Of a stretch of 64,000 nucleotides of DNA, positions 49,740 to 62,788 are shown piece after piece. Below the pieces are notes generated by a model. The model ran no database searches, was not told the origin of the DNA, and saw nothing but the letters and a program-made list of their open reading frames with translations. The stretch comes from an uncultured Acidobacteriaceae bacterium. Lineage in GTDB: Bacteria; Acidobacteriota; Terriglobia; Terriglobales; Acidobacteriaceae. Location: positions 30,880 to 94,879 of the forward strand of contig CAWGGA010000029.1 in NCBI GenBank assembly GCA_963822015.1. Direction: 5' to 3'. The position numbers and the translations under genes were made by a program. Position 1 is the first letter of the stretch; the number at the start of each line of letters is the position of its first letter.

Positions 49740-51038
49740 ATGACAGGTGATTTCTCGTGCCAGGAACTCAGAGTAAATTCGAGATCGCCTGCTCTCCGAA
49801 GGGGATCGGCTTCGCGCTCGCGAATCATCATCATCAGCCAGTTCTTCGGGGCGGACCAGTCGGCGGTTGGGCAGTTTCTGGCTGACTTTGCGGACAGCGC
49901 CTCGGAGGCGGGCCACGATGTCTTCGTGATTTGCGGTGCGACCGATTATGCAACGGGCGAGGAGGCGGCGCGTGGCGGCACTCAAGCCAAAGATCCCGCT
50001 TCAGTAGAGATTCCTGGATGCGCCAAGTGCCGTGGAAAAATTCGCATTACGCGAGTGACGACCGCGGCGTTCTCGCAGAGCAAAATGAGAAAACTGCTCT
50101 CCTACGCTACGTTCTATGCCGGCGCAGTGTGGAATGCGTTGAGGACTCCAAGGCCGGATGTTGTTATTACACTGACTGCGCCACCCGGCTTGGCATGGAT
50201 TGGCTGGCTCGTGAAGAAAATTTGCGGGTGCCGTCACGCTGCATGGGAGATGGACCTGTATCCGGATATTGCAATTGCGCTGGGCATGCCCGTTGCCGGC
50301 TGGACCACGCGGATGTTGGATATTCCCCGACGCCGCGCGGACTGGGTGATCGCACCTGGCGGTTGCATGAAGACGAGACTGTTGCAACACCAGATTCCAG
50401 AGGGCCACATCGTAGTCGCCGAAAATTGGGCCGATGGACGGATGATTTTCCCACTGCCGTTTCCCAGCCAAAGGCCACTACGCATCCTGTACTCAGGAAA
50501 TCTTGGGCTGGCGCATGATGTGGCGACCATTCGCGAATCAATGGGGCGCCTTGCGAACCACCCCGATTTTCTCTTTGTTTTTGCGGGCGGAGGTCTTGAG
50601 CGCCGATCGTTGATTGATTACTGCCAGGAGTACGGAATCAGGAATGCTGTGTTCGAAAGCTACGTTCGTTTGCAGGAGTTGGGCGCTAGCCTGGCAAACA
50701 GTCACATTGGCCTGGTGACGCAGAAGACGGCGACGTTGGGCGCAGTTGTGCCCAGCAAGATTTATGGGCTGATGGCGGCGGGCCGGCCGGTGCTCTTCAT
50801 TGGTCCGGCAGCAGCTACTCCCGCCCTTCTCATCCGGCAATTCGATTGCGGCTGGCAATTCGATTGCGGCGATGAAGCAGGCGTTTCGGCGCTGCTTTTG
50901 CACCTTCTTGAGCACCCGGAAGAGCTGTGCCGGAAGGGACAGAATGGCCGCAAGGCGTTCATCGAGAGCTACGATAAACCCGCAGGGGTGGCCCGAGTGA
51001 TGCGAGCAATGGACCTGGAATACGCAGAGCATTTATGA
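49740..51038 (+). CDS. GT4 family glycosyltransferase (WcaI/WbuB-like)
   Basis: SQFFGAD, MDLYPD, ENWAD, LYSGNLGLAH, VPSKIYGLMAAGRPV. Confidence 0.88.
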   Translation: MTGDFSCQELRVNSRSPALRRGSASRSRIIIISQFFGADQSAVGQFLADFADSASEAGHDVFVICGATDYATGEEAARGGTQAKDPASVEIPGCAKCRGKIRITRVTTAAFSQSKMRKLLSYATFYAGAVWNALRTPRPDVVITLTAPPGLAWIGWLVKKICGCRHAAWEMDLYPDIAIALGMPVAGWTTRMLDIPRRRADWVIAPGGCMKTRLLQHQIPEGHIVVAENWADGRMIFPLPFPSQRPLRILYSGNLGLAHDVATIRESMGRLANHPDFLFVFAGGGLERRSLIDYCQEYGIRNAVFESYVRLQELGASLANSHIGLVTQKTATLGAVVPSKIYGLMAAGRPVLFIGPAAATPALLIRQFDCGWQFDCGDEAGVSALLLHLLEHPEELCRKGQNGRKAFIESYDKPAGVARVMRAMDLEYAEHL

Positions 51039-51104
51039 AGAAGATTCACTCGCTGTCTCCGATTGATCGCCTGCAATGAACAAGATGTTCCCGAATGAAG
51101 CGGC

Positions 51105-52103
51105 ATGACAGAGCGAGTCCTGGTGACGGGCGCGGACGGGTTTGTGGGGCCTTATGTTTGCCGCAAGCTGATCGCATGCGGCTACATTCCATGTGCCGGG
51201 GTCCGGAGCCTCGAAAGATGGCCGCAATTACAGCGGGCGGTTCCGGGATTAGGCGATTATTCCGTGCTGGGAGATCTAAGTGAAAATCAGAGCCTGCGTG
51301 CTCACCTTGCGAGTGTAGCCGCTGTTGTGCACCTGGCAGCTCGCGCCCCGGCCGCAGCGGATAGCGCCGTTGAACGATCGCGAGAGTATCGCCGTATGAA
51401 TGTTGGCGGCACGAAATCCATTGCTCTCGCCGCTGCTTCAGCGGGGGTTCGGCGGTTGATTTTTGTGAGCACGGCGAAGGTGCATGGCGAGTCGACAAAT
51501 GAGCAGCCATTTTCCGAAGACTCGCCCGGCAATCCACGGGATCCTTACGCGGCCTCGAAGTGGGAAGCCGAAGAGGCGCTTCGCGATCTCGCCGCAAAGA
51601 CGGGGATTGAGGTGGTGATTGTTCGCCCGCCGCAGGTTTACGGCCCGGGAGTGCGGGGGAATTTTCTGCGGCTCATGAAGCTCGTCGATCGTGCTTTGCC
51701 GTTGCCGTTGCCCCGGAAAAGGAATTGCCGCAGCCTGCTCGGGGCCGAGAATCTCGCCGATTTCCTTGTGCATTGCATCCATCATCGCAAGGCGGCAGGC
51801 CAGAGTTTCCTGGTGAAGGACGCCGAGGACATATCGACACGCGGATTGATCATGCGATTGGCCCAGCTCCTTGACCGCCCCCTGAGGCTTGTGCCCGTTC
51901 CGGAACCTTTGATCCGGCTGGCAGCAAAACTGACTTTTAAAGTGGAGGAGGCCGGCAGGGTTTTGGATTCGCTCGTGATTGACTCCAGCCGCGCGCAACA
52001 GTGGTTAGATTGGCTTCCGCCCGTGGCGCTTGACGATGGATTGACCGCCACTGCCCATTGGTATAAGAAAGTAAAGCTGCAAGGACAAGCGAAGGCTCTC
52101 TAA
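51105..52103 (+). CDS. NAD-dependent epimerase/reductase (WbpV/WbpK-like extended SDR)
   Basis: VTGADGFVG, VHLAAR, STAKVHGE, YAASK, RPP.VYGPGV.GNF. Confidence 0.9.
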   Translation: MTERVLVTGADGFVGPYVCRKLIACGYIPCAGVRSLERWPQLQRAVPGLGDYSVLGDLSENQSLRAHLASVAAVVHLAARAPAAADSAVERSREYRRMNVGGTKSIALAAASAGVRRLIFVSTAKVHGESTNEQPFSEDSPGNPRDPYAASKWEAEEALRDLAAKTGIEVVIVRPPQVYGPGVRGNFLRLMKLVDRALPLPLPRKRNCRSLLGAENLADFLVHCIHHRKAAGQSFLVKDAEDISTRGLIMRLAQLLDRPLRLVPVPEPLIRLAAKLTFKVEEAGRVLDSLVIDSSRAQQWLDWLPPVALDDGLTATAHWYKKVKLQGQAKAL

Positions 52104-53143
52104 TGTATCTTTTCGTGGTGCTCTTCCTGGCTTCGGCTGTCGTCACCGCTGGAGCTCGTGTGTACCTTGTTCGGCGCGGCGTGATGGATCGTCCTAATCT
52201 ACGGAGCTCCCACGCAATGCCCGTCCCGCGTGGCGGCGGCCTGAGCATCGTTCTGGTATTTCTTTCGGCGGTTGCATGGCTCGTTGCGAAGCACGCGGCG
52301 CCTGCCGACCTTGGCCTGGCGCTTGTGGGCGGAGGAATTGCAATTGGCGTCGTTGGCTTTCTGGACGATCGCTTCCGGTTGGCGCCATGGCCGCGGCTTG
52401 TTGTTCACATACTTGCGGCAGGATGGGCAGTCTGGTGTCTCAACGCGGCGCATCCCGTCCAGCTACGCGATAGAGGCGACTTTTTGGCTTGGATTGGCCT
52501 GGGTGGCGTGCTGGTCGGCCTGGTCTGGCTCACAAATCTTTTTAATTTCATGGATGGAATTGACGGCCTGGCTGGAATGGAAGCTGCGTGTGTGAGCGGA
52601 CTCGGCGCCATTCTATTGCTTCGGAATGGATCTCCTGATTATGCACAGGTTGCCGGGGCGCTCGCCGCCGCAAGTTTGGGCTTCCTGGTGTGGAACTGGC
52701 CGCCCGCCAAGATCTTCATGGGCGACGTGGGAAGCGGATTTCTGGGGTTTACTTTGGGCGTGTTGGCGATCTTTTCCTCAAAGGCGCATCCGGAGCTAAT
52801 TTGGCCATGGCTGATACTGCCAGCCGCGTTTCTTGTGGACGCCACCGTGACTCTCTTGCGCCGCATGTTTTCGCGCGCGCGCTGGTACGAGGCTCACCGC
52901 AGCCATGCTTATCAACATGCCGCTCGTGCGTGGGGCAACCATGCGAGCGTTACGCTGGCTATCGCTGGAATCAATATTGGGTGGCTGTTTCCGCTGGCAT
53001 GGGCAGCGTACCGCTATCCGCAAGCCGCGCCTGCGCTGGCCGCGGTTGCGTTCGCCCCTCTCGTGTACCTCGCATTTCGATTTGACGGAGGCCGCGAGAA
53101 GCGTCCGTCGGATGTTGGCGTTCAAGACTCGATCGCCCGATAG
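52103..53143 (+). CDS. MraY/WecA-family undecaprenyl-phosphate HexNAc-1-P transferase (WbpL-like)
   Basis: DRPN.RSSH..PVPRGGG, GFLDD, NLFNFMDGIDG, WNWPPAKIFMGDVGS, AHRSHAYQ. Confidence 0.93.
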   Translation: MYLFVVLFLASAVVTAGARVYLVRRGVMDRPNLRSSHAMPVPRGGGLSIVLVFLSAVAWLVAKHAAPADLGLALVGGGIAIGVVGFLDDRFRLAPWPRLVVHILAAGWAVWCLNAAHPVQLRDRGDFLAWIGLGGVLVGLVWLTNLFNFMDGIDGLAGMEAACVSGLGAILLLRNGSPDYAQVAGALAAASLGFLVWNWPPAKIFMGDVGSGFLGFTLGVLAIFSSKAHPELIWPWLILPAAFLVDATVTLLRRMFSRARWYEAHRSHAYQHAARAWGNHASVTLAIAGINIGWLFPLAWAAYRYPQAAPALAAVAFAPLVYLAFRFDGGREKRPSDVGVQDSIAR

Positions 53144-53287
53144 GGCATCCGAGAAAGGGATCTCAGTCCGCGCCAATCGATCGAATGATGTTAGCCGATT
53201 CCGCAATCCTGCTTCGTGTCAAAGTTGAAGAATGAGATCGATTAGAATGTTTATACCCACTGCGTTGTTTTGGAAAGCGAGTCTTCA

Positions 53288-55209
53288 ATGACGCGAAATG
53301 AGCCGGGGTTTCTGATCCGGAACATCGCAGTGCGCCGGATTCTTATCTGGGTCACGCAAGCAGTAGTTTTTGCGGCCTCAACGATAGCGGCATTTCTGCT
53401 GCGGTTCGACTTCAGCGTGCCGGCGTTCTATCTCCGCTATCTTCCTTATGCTCTCGCAATTTGGCTGCCCGTCAAGATCGTCGTATTTTACGCGGCAAAG
53501 CTCGATCGCGGCTTTTGGCGTTATGTATCGGCGATCGACCTGATCAGGATATCGATCGCAAACCTCATTGCCTCGGTCATTGGCTATGTTCTGATTCGAT
53601 TGCTGGCGCCAGCGGGATTTCCGCGATCGCTCTACGCACTCGATCTGATGGTCTGCCTGTTTGGCACGTGCGGCCTGCGGCTTTTGGCTCGCGCAACATC
53701 GAGGCTTAGCTCGAACGCGCGGAACAGAAAAGAACCGCTGAAGAAGGCGCTGATTTACGGGGCAGGCGACGCAGGCGCTGCGCTTCTGCGGGAGATTCGC
53801 AACAATGCAAGGCTGGCTTATCGGGTTTGCGGCTTTATTGACGACGATCCCACGAGACTTAGCCTGCGCATCGCCGGCGTGCCGGTCTTAGGGGACGGCG
53901 AGAAAATCGGCGCGCTCGTTGCACGGCACAGAATCGCGATTGTTCTCATTGCCATTCCGTCGGCGACGGGCGCCGAGATGACGCGAATTCTGGAGTTGTG
54001 CCACGAAGCAGCAGTCGAGTTCAAGACTGTGCCGGGATTAGGCGAGGTGATCGAAGAGCGCGGACTAGGCCGGCCAGATTCGGGAAGTTGCGGTGGAGGA
54101 TCTGCTTGGGCGCAGCCCGGTGCACCTTGAAGAAGGCTCGATCAGGGACACGCTGCATGACAAGGTAGTCCTTGTCACCGGAGCGGCAGGATCGATCGGT
54201 TTCGAGCTGTGCCGACAGATAGCGCGGTTTCAGCCTCGCGGAATTGTCGGATTCGAGATTGCGGAATCCTCTTTGTTTGAAATCGACCGCGAAATGCGAC
54301 AGTTTTTTCCTCACGTTCCGTTTTACCCGGAGATCGGAAGCGTGCAAAACCGCGATCGGCTGGACGAAGTTTTTCGGCAGTACAAGCCGGCAGTCGTCTA
54401 TCACGCAGCGGCCTACAAGCACGTTCCTCTCATGGAAACGCATGCGTTTGAGGCCATTGAGAACAATGTTTTTGGAAGCTACAACGTGGCTTTGGCGGCT
54501 CAAGAGCACGGCGTGGAGGATTTCCTGCTGGTCTCTTCAGACAAGGCCGTCCGGCCGACCAATGTAATGGGCGCGACGAAGCGCATCGCCGAACTGATCC
54601 TGCTGGCCCTGCAAAATGGCCGCACAAAGTACGTGGCTGTTCGTTTCGGCAACGTGCTGGGCTCGAATGGCAGCGTGATTCCGATCTTCAAAAAGCAGAT
54701 CGCCGCCGGCGGGCCCGTCACGGTGACCCATCCTGAGATGCGCCGTTTTTTTATGACCATTCCCGAGGCCTGTCAACTCGTGCTGCAAGCGCTGGCCATC
54801 GGCAAAGGCGGACAGATTTGCGTTCTGGACATGGGGCAAGCCGATGAAGATCGTCGATCTGGCCAAGCATCTGATTCTTTTGTCGGGGCTCAGGCCCGAA
54901 GAAGACATCAAGATTGAATTCACGGGCATGCGTCCAGGCGAAAAACTCTCAGAAGAACTCAGCACGCTGCTCGAAGATACGTTGCCTTCGAAGCACGATA
55001 AGATTCGTATCTTCGTGGGCAACGGTTTGCCAGAGGAAGACATGCGCATCTGGCTCGGCACGCTCCGCGAGATTTGCGATTCTCGCGACATGAGCCGCCT
55101 GGTCATCGCACTTAAAGAACTGGTCCCGGATTACAGTCCCAGCGTTCATTTGCTTAGGCGCATCACCGCGCGAGAGGAGCCAACGCATGCCGTGTTGAAA
55201 CTGGATTGA
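53288..55209 (+). CDS. Membrane-bound nucleotide-sugar 4,6-dehydratase (CapD/WbpM/PglF family); indels near 54065 and 54840
   Basis: Four N-terminal TMs, IYGAGDAG, EDLLGR, VTGAAGSIG, HAAAYKHVP, SSDKAVRPTNVMGATK, VRFGNVLGS, RPGEKL. Confidence 0.94.
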
Positions 55210-55232
55210 TTCCGGCCATGCGCTCGGAAAGT

Positions 55233-55277
55233 AAAAGGCGGGCACGCTCCGGATGGAGCATGCCCGCCTTTTCTTTT
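55233..55277. terminator. Bidirectional rho-independent terminator between the polysaccharide locus and rplQ
   Basis: AAAAGGCGGGCA...TGCCCGCCTTTT with a T-tract on each strand. Confidence 0.85.
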
Positions 55278-55307
55278 GAGGCACGAACGCGGCAACTTTC
55301 CGGACGC

Positions 55308-55793
55308 TTACGCGGCCTGTTCGCCGCCTTCGGACCCTTCCGATTCCTTCTTCTGCTCTTCGAGCTGCTTCTCGAGTTCGGCGCGCTTTTTGGCCTTGAG
55401 GTCAGCGCGCTTCTGGCGCTTCACTTCGAGTTGCTTTTCCGCTCCCAGCAGCTCAATAAATGCCTTTTCCGCTCCGTCGCCTTGCTGGAACCCAGTGCGA
55501 ACGATGCGAAGATAACCGCCGTTGCGGTCGCCATAGCGCGGAGCTACAACATCAAAGAGCCGCTTGACGGCATCGTCGGTTCGAAGAAAGCTATGCGCCT
55601 GCCGGCGCGAGTGCAGATCGCCCTTCTTGCCCAGGGTGATCATCTTTTCGACGTGCGGACGAACCGCCTTGGCTTTGGCCAGGGTGGTCTCCACGCGGTC
55701 TTCTTCAATAACGGACGTAACCAGGTTGCGCAACAACGCGCGACGATGACTGGTGTTGCGTCCGAGCTTGAATCCTGCATTGCGATGGCGCAT
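55308..55793 (-). CDS. rplQ: 50S ribosomal protein L17
   Basis: [32 protein letters not shown]. Confidence 0.97.
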   Translation of the reverse strand: MRHRNAGFKLGRNTSHRRALLRNLVTSVIEEDRVETTLAKAKAVRPHVEKMITLGKKGDLHSRRQAHSFLRTDDAVKRLFDVVAPRYGDRNGGYLRIVRTGFQQGDGAEKAFIELLGAEKQLEVKRQKRADLKAKKRAELEKQLEEQKKESEGSEGGEQAA

Positions 55794-55913
55794 GACAAAA
55801 CTCTCTTTCAGGTATCCGGTGAATCGTGATTCGCGGTTCGTGAACTCGTGATCGGTTCTCACCATCCGGATGAACTTTCGCGGTTCACGAACTACGATCG
55901 CAGTCCACGGTTT

Positions 55914-57008
55914 CTAGAAATTCTCCGTTTCAGTGGGCAACTGCAGATCCACTGAATCGAGCGGCTCCTCTTCATCGTCGTAACGGCCAAAGCCAGCGGC
56001 CAGAGCCGTTTGCGGAGAAATGCTGGTAGGCCCGGGCACCGCATTGCCCTGCTCGTCGATCTTCATGCCCAGCGACAGGCCCATCTGCGCCAGGATTTCC
56101 TTGATCTCGTTGAGGCTCTTACGGCCGAAGTTCTTGGTCTTGAGCATCTCAGCTTCAGTCTTCTGCACCAGCTCGCCGATGGTCTGAATGTTGGCGTTCT
56201 TCAGGCAGTTGTAGCTGCGGACCGAGAGCTCCAACTCCTCCACGCTGCGGTTGAGATTGTCGTTGCGGAGCAGGGTGCGGCTTTCATCGCCGCGCGATTC
56301 CGCTTCGATCTCCTCCTCAAAGTTGATGAAGATGTTCATATGGTCCTTGAGCAGCTTGGCGGCCAGGCCCACAGCGTCGGCCGGCAGCACGGCGCCGTTG
56401 GTCCACACTTCGAGCGTCAGCTTGTCGAAGTCGGTGATCTGGCCCAGGCGAGCGGCGTCGACCGCGTAGTTCACGCGGCGCACCGGCGAGTGCACTGAGT
56501 CCACCGGAATGAAACCGAGCCCGAGGTCAGCGTCAAAATTCTTATCGGCGGAGATATAGCCGCGGCCGCGCTTGAGGCGCATCTCCATGTCGAGCTTTCC
56601 GCTTTCAGAGACCGTGGCGATGTAGACGTTTTTGTCGAGGATTTCGACGTCGCTGTCGGCCTCGATCATGCCGCTGGTGACCACGCCGGGCTGGTCGGCG
56701 CGCAAATACAGGGCCTTCGGGCCTTCGCCCGCAAGCTTGAAGGGAATCTGCTTGAGATTGAGGATGATGTCGGTGGCGTCTTCGACCACGCCGGTGATGG
56801 ACTGGAACTCGTGCAGCACGCCCTCGATGCGAACCGCGGTGACGGCTGCGCCTTCAATAGAGCTGAGCAGCGTGCGCCGCAGGGCGTTTCCGATGGTGGT
56901 GCCAAAGCCCCGTTCAAAGGGCTGGGCGCTGAATTTTCCGTAGGTGTCAGTCAGCGTCTCGGCATCGATCGCAAGGCGCTTCGGTTTTTGAAATCCTCTC
57001 CACAACAT
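55914..57008 (-). CDS. rpoA: DNA-directed RNA polymerase subunit alpha
   Basis: [45 protein letters not shown]. Confidence 0.98.
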   Translation of the reverse strand: MLWRGFQKPKRLAIDAETLTDTYGKFSAQPFERGFGTTIGNALRRTLLSSIEGAAVTAVRIEGVLHEFQSITGVVEDATDIILNLKQIPFKLAGEGPKALYLRADQPGVVTSGMIEADSDVEILDKNVYIATVSESGKLDMEMRLKRGRGYISADKNFDADLGLGFIPVDSVHSPVRRVNYAVDAARLGQITDFDKLTLEVWTNGAVLPADAVGLAAKLLKDHMNIFINFEEEIEAESRGDESRTLLRNDNLNRSVEELELSVRSYNCLKNANIQTIGELVQKTEAEMLKTKNFGRKSLNEIKEILAQMGLSLGMKIDEQGNAVPGPTSISPQTALAAGFGRYDDEEEPLDSVDLQLPTETENF

Positions 57009-57158
57009 AATTCGTCTCTCGTTTCCCGCACGGCATGTACGTCGCGATGCATTTTGCGGCGGCCGCGCAAGTGCTCCTTTTGGATTTGAGTTCTCAGTTC
57101 TTGGTTCACAGTTCACAGCGCTTCGCGGAAAATTCGCCAGCCACTGAGAACTGCGAAC

Positions 57159-57789
57159 TTACTTCGAGTACAGCTCGACGATCAACTGTTCGTTGACCGG
57201 CAGGTTAACGTCCGCGCGCTTGGGCAAATGGAGCACGCGCCCGGACAGGTTTTCAAAGTTTGCCTCCAGCCACGTGGGGACAGGATTCTGCGCGGCATAC
57301 TGCGAGGCCTGCTCCACAATCAGCAGCTTCTTGGCGCTGTCGCGGACGGCAATCTCGTCGCCCGCGTTCACCTGGTACGAAGGGATATTCACCTTGCGAC
57401 CGTTCACCGTGACGTGCCCGTGACGAACCAACTGCCGGGCCTGGCGGCGCGCAGATGGCAAAACCGAGACGGTACGTGACGTTGTCCAGGCGCCGTTCCA
57501 GTTGCTGAATCAGCAGTTCGCCGGTGACGCCCTGGGCGCGGTTGGCCTTTTCGTAGTACTCGCGGAACTGGCTCTCAAGCGTGAAGTACATACGCTTGGC
57601 CTTCTGCTTTTCGTGCAGTTGCAGGCCATAGCCCACGATTTTGGCTTTGCGGTCTTTGCCGTGCTGGCCGGGCGGGAAGTTGCGCTTTTCCAGCGGGCAG
57701 CGGTCTGAGGTGCACTTGGTGCCCTTCAAAAATAGTTTTGTGCCTTCGCGGCGGCAAAGGCGGCAAACTGCTCCGGTATAACGTGCCAT
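57159..57789 (-). CDS. rpsD: 30S ribosomal protein S4; indel near 57455
   Basis: [23 protein letters not shown] in ORF 57253..57789; [22 protein letters not shown] in ORF 57159..57461. Confidence 0.96.
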
Positions 57790-57956
57790 TTTCTCTCCTG
57801 ACTTCGGATGCCGGCCGGTTTACATGTCCGGAGGACGCTTCGTCCCGGCCCAGTTCTAGTTAACAGCAAACAGCAGACAGTAAAACAGTTCAATGCACTT
57901 CGCCTGCACAAGCAGCTCAGACAACTGTTTCCTGCCGGCTGCTCACTATACTTGAC

Positions 57957-58379
57957 TTACACGCGCCTCCGCTTCGGAGGCCGGCAGCCGTTGTGGGGCA
58001 CCGGCGTTACGTCGCGGATGGTCTTCACTTCGATCCCTGCGGCAGCCAGCGCGCGGATGGCCGACTCGCGGCCCGAACCTGGACCGGCGACCCGCACTTC
58101 TACCGCGCGAACGCCATGATCGCGGGCCATGCTGGCGGCGTTTGAAGCCGCCTGCTGCGCCGCGAAGGGCGTGCCCTTGCGCGATCCGCGGAATCCCAGC
58201 GAGCCCGAGCTCTTCCAGCTCAGCGTGTTGCCCATCGGGTCGGTGATGGTGACGATGGTGTTGTTGAACGAGGCTTGAATGTACGCAAAGCCGAACGGCA
58301 CATTCTTGCGCTCGCGCTTCTTGAACTTTTTGGTCTTGCCTTTTTTGCCGGTTTCGGCCTTCTGCTCTGGTTTCGCCAT
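57957..58379 (-). CDS. rpsK: 30S ribosomal protein S11
   Basis: [38 protein letters not shown]. Confidence 0.98.
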   Translation of the reverse strand: MAKPEQKAETGKKGKTKKFKKRERKNVPFGFAYIQASFNNTIVTITDPMGNTLSWKSSGSLGFRGSRKGTPFAAQQAASNAASMARDHGVRAVEVRVAGPGSGRESAIRALAAAGIEVKTIRDVTPVPHNGCRPPKRRRV

Positions 58380-58765
58380 TAGGTCTTCGCCGTCGCTTTC
58401 TTCTTGCCGGCAATCGTGCCCTTGCGCGGGCCCTTGCGAGTGCGGGCATTGGTGTGGGTCCGCTGGCCGCGCACCGGCAGGGACTTGCGGTGACGCAGGC
58501 CGCGATAGCTCTGAATGTCGATGAGGCGCTTGATGTGCATAGAGACGTCTTTACGCAGATCGCCTTCAACGTCGCCTTCGTCCTCAATGACCTGACGGAT
58601 ACGGTTGACCTCTTCCTCGCCCAGATCCTGGATCTTCTTAAAGGCGTCAACATTCGCCTTGTCCAGAATCTTGCGGGCGCGCGGCTGGCCGATCCCGAAG
58701 ATGTAAGTGAGCGCGATCCGAGCCTGCTTGTTGCGGGGCAGATCGACGCCAGCAATACGTGCCAT
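58379..58765 (-). CDS. rpsM: 30S ribosomal protein S13
   Basis: [27 protein letters not shown]. Confidence 0.98.
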   Translation of the reverse strand: MARIAGVDLPRNKQARIALTYIFGIGQPRARKILDKANVDAFKKIQDLGEEEVNRIRQVIEDEGDVEGDLRKDVSMHIKRLIDIQSYRGLRHRKSLPVRGQRTHTNARTRKGPRKGTIAGKKKATAKT

Positions 58766-59011
58766 TCTCAGATTCCTTTACGTGTTGTGCGCCTCCGGCC
58801 TCAACCGGTTCGCGCGAGTTAAAAGGAGCAACTTCCGAGGTTCATCGCAAGCCTTGACTCAAGCTAACTAGCCTCTTAACCGCGGGGACGCAGGGACTAG
58901 GGACTCAGGGACTCGATTTATCTGTTGAATTCGGCAGTATCAACTGCTTCCTAGTCCCTGGTCCCTAGTCCCTTATCCGTTCGGAAGTCTTCCCAACTTG
59001 CCAGGCCTTGC

Positions 59012-59125
59012 TTATCCCTGACGCTGCTTGTGCTTCGGGTTCTCGCAGATTACGCGTACCACACCTGCGCGAGTAATCACCTTGCACTTGACGCAAATTT
59101 TCTTTACCGATGCCCGAACCTTCAT
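59012..59125 (-). CDS. rpmJ: 50S ribosomal protein L36 (below the ORF-track size cutoff)
   Basis: Manual translation [37 protein letters not shown]. Confidence 0.97.
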   Translation of the reverse strand: MKVRASVKKICVKCKVITRAGVVRVICENPKHKQRQG

Positions 59126-59237
59126 AACTGCTGCCCCTCTCCGCGCATAGAAACCATGGCGCGGAAATCATCTCAGCTATTGCCAGTAACTCTTAGCTCT
59201 TAGCTCTAGCCCGAAGTGCTCAATTCCACTCTACAGG

Positions 59238-59486
59238 CTACCGGCCTTTCAAGCCGACCGGCCTTATGCACTTGTACCTGTACACAATCCGTCCGCGATT
59301 CAGGTCGTATGGACTCAGCTCCACGGCCACGCGGTCGCCGGGCAAAATCCGGATGAAATTCTTGCGCATCCTCCCCGAGACATGGGCCAAAACCTCGTGA
59401 TTATTCTCGAGTTTGACCTTGAACATGGCGTTGGGCAACGTCTCCAAGACGGTTGCCATTACCTCAATCGCATCTTCTTTTGACAA
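59238..59486 (-). CDS. infA: Translation initiation factor IF-1
   Basis: [33 protein letters not shown]; TTG start. Confidence 0.97.
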   Translation of the reverse strand: MSKEDAIEVMATVLETLPNAMFKVKLENNHEVLAHVSGRMRKNFIRILPGDRVAVELSPYDLNRGRIVYRYKCIRPVGLKGR

Positions 59487-59539
59487 TCAGCGTCCACTTC
59501 TGGCGCTCACGCGCCTTAACTTTTTAGACCAGAGTATCG

Positions 59540-60289
59540 CTACTCGGTCAGAATCCTGGGGCCGTTTGCGGTGACCGCAACCGTGTGCTCAAAATGAGCG
59601 CTCATGCTTCCATCGCTGGCCACAGCCGTCCAGCCGTCGTCCAGCACTTTCACATCCGGCTTGCCGGCATTCACCATGGGTTCGATGGCAATGACCATGC
59701 CGACCTTCAGCTTCATTCCCTGGCCCGCTTCGCCAAAGTTCGGCACCTGCGGGTCCTCGTGCATGTGAACGCCAATGCCGTGGCCCACAAAATCGCGCAC
59801 CACGGAAAATCCCTGTTTCTCAACCACGCCCTGCACAGCGGCTCCCACGTCGCCCAGCGTCGCCCCCGGCCGAACCGCCGCAATGCCTGCCTTTAGCGAC
59901 TCTTCAGTGGCCTTGAGCAGCCGCGCGGCCTTGGCATCGATGGCGCCCACCGGCACAGTGATGGCGGCGTCGCCGTAATAACCGTCGACTACCACGCCGA
60001 AGTCCACGGAGACGATGTCCCCTTCCTTGAGGACCCGGTTCGGCGAAGGGATGCCGTGCACCACCTCGCTGTTCACTGACGTGCACAGGACGCACGGATA
60101 CCCGTGATAGCCCTTAAACGCGGCCTTCACGCCCAGTTCCTTCAATCGCGCATCCGCCGCTTTCTCGAGATCGTAGGTGGTGGCGCCCGGCTTCACCTGG
60201 CTGCGCACCAGCTCCAGCACCTCGCGGGTCACCTGCCCGGCGCGGCGCATCTTCTCGATCTCCTGCGACGACTTGAGTACGACAGCCAC
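59540..60289 (-). CDS. map: Type I methionine aminopeptidase
   Basis: SVNSEVVHGIP, GDIVSVD, GHGIG..MHEDP, AIEPM, SAHFEHTV. Confidence 0.97.
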   Translation of the reverse strand: MAVVLKSSQEIEKMRRAGQVTREVLELVRSQVKPGATTYDLEKAADARLKELGVKAAFKGYHGYPCVLCTSVNSEVVHGIPSPNRVLKEGDIVSVDFGVVVDGYYGDAAITVPVGAIDAKAARLLKATEESLKAGIAAVRPGATLGDVGAAVQGVVEKQGFSVVRDFVGHGIGVHMHEDPQVPNFGEAGQGMKLKVGMVIAIEPMVNAGKPDVKVLDDGWTAVASDGSMSAHFEHTVAVTANGPRILTE

Positions 60290-60444
60290 TTAGAAACAGC
60301 TTTCAGCGATCAGTGAACAGTGATCAGCTTCATCGCGAAAATTCAGGCGGAATCAACAGTACTTTCATCACCGATCACTGGCACTGTTCACCGGCCACCG
60401 ATCACTGACAACTGTCTTTCCCACGCACAAACCCACCCTTGCAG

Positions 60445-61175
60445 TTACGCTGCGTGGCGCAACTGTTCAACGGTGGCAACAATTCCGGCTGCGATCACAC
60501 CGATCGGCCGGTCTCCATCCACTTCCGCAAATCGTCCCAGTGCCCGGTAGTGCTCGACGACAGGCGCGGTGAGGGCCTCATAAGCGCGCATGCGCTCCTT
60601 GAAAACCTCTTCCGTGTCGTCGGCTCGCTGGACCAGCGCAGCACCCTCAACGTCACAAAATCCATCCTGCTTAGGCGGATGCATATAGACGTTGTAGATG
60701 GTCTGGCAAACAGGACAATTCCGGCGCCCCGTAATGCGGCGCAATAACTGATTATAGTTCACATGGATGTTAACCGCAACTACCGGCAAAGACTCGATTT
60801 GCGCCGCGAGGCGCCCGTCGAGCCAAGTGGCTTGCCCCAGCGTGCGCGGAAAGCCGTCCAGAATATATCCCCGAGCCGTGTCGGGCTCCATAAGCCGGAC
60901 CGCAACCATCTCGTTGACAAGGGAATCGGGAACCATCTCCCCCCGTGCCATGATCTGTTTGGCCACAGCGCCGAGTTTGGTCCCCTGGGCAACGTTGGCG
61001 CGGAGCAGGTCCCCGGTGGAGATCTGCGGGATATCCCAATGCTTGACCAGCTCTTTGGCCTGGGTTCCCTTGCCCCCGCCCGGCGCACCCAATAAAAGAA
61101 TCGGGCCGGGTACGGTTTCGATTTCCGTTTCCCGGCCAGCTTCCACTGTACTCTCCGATGATATAGATGAAGACA

Positions 61176-61176
<1 letters not shown>
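60445..61176 (-). CDS. adk: Adenylate kinase
   Basis: LLGAPGGGKGTQA, ISTGDLLR, ILDGFPRT, LID CPVC...CDVE, QRADD. Confidence 0.96.
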
Positions 61177-62561
<1,385 letters not shown>

Positions 62562-62788
62562 ATGGGTTATCCGCCTCAGGCGCCCCTGGCGCCGGTCCAG
62601 TCCTGCAATGATCCCATCTTACGGCGACTCCCGGTAGCTTTAGCCTACCTAAACCCCGGTAAAAGCGCACGTGCGTTGCATCACACCTAGGAAAAGCTCT
62701 CAGCGGCCAGCTTTTAGCTTCTTCTCCGGAGCGTACGCGCTCAGAACCAGCGCCACCAGACTGAAAAATAAGGGCTTAAAGCTGCCCT

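Noticed and set aside
59238-59270. IF-1 C-terminal extension [10 protein letters not shown]
   Set aside because: Follows the usual YRYK end at a TGC that is one base from TGA; likely an error or trivial stop loss in this indel-rich sequence.
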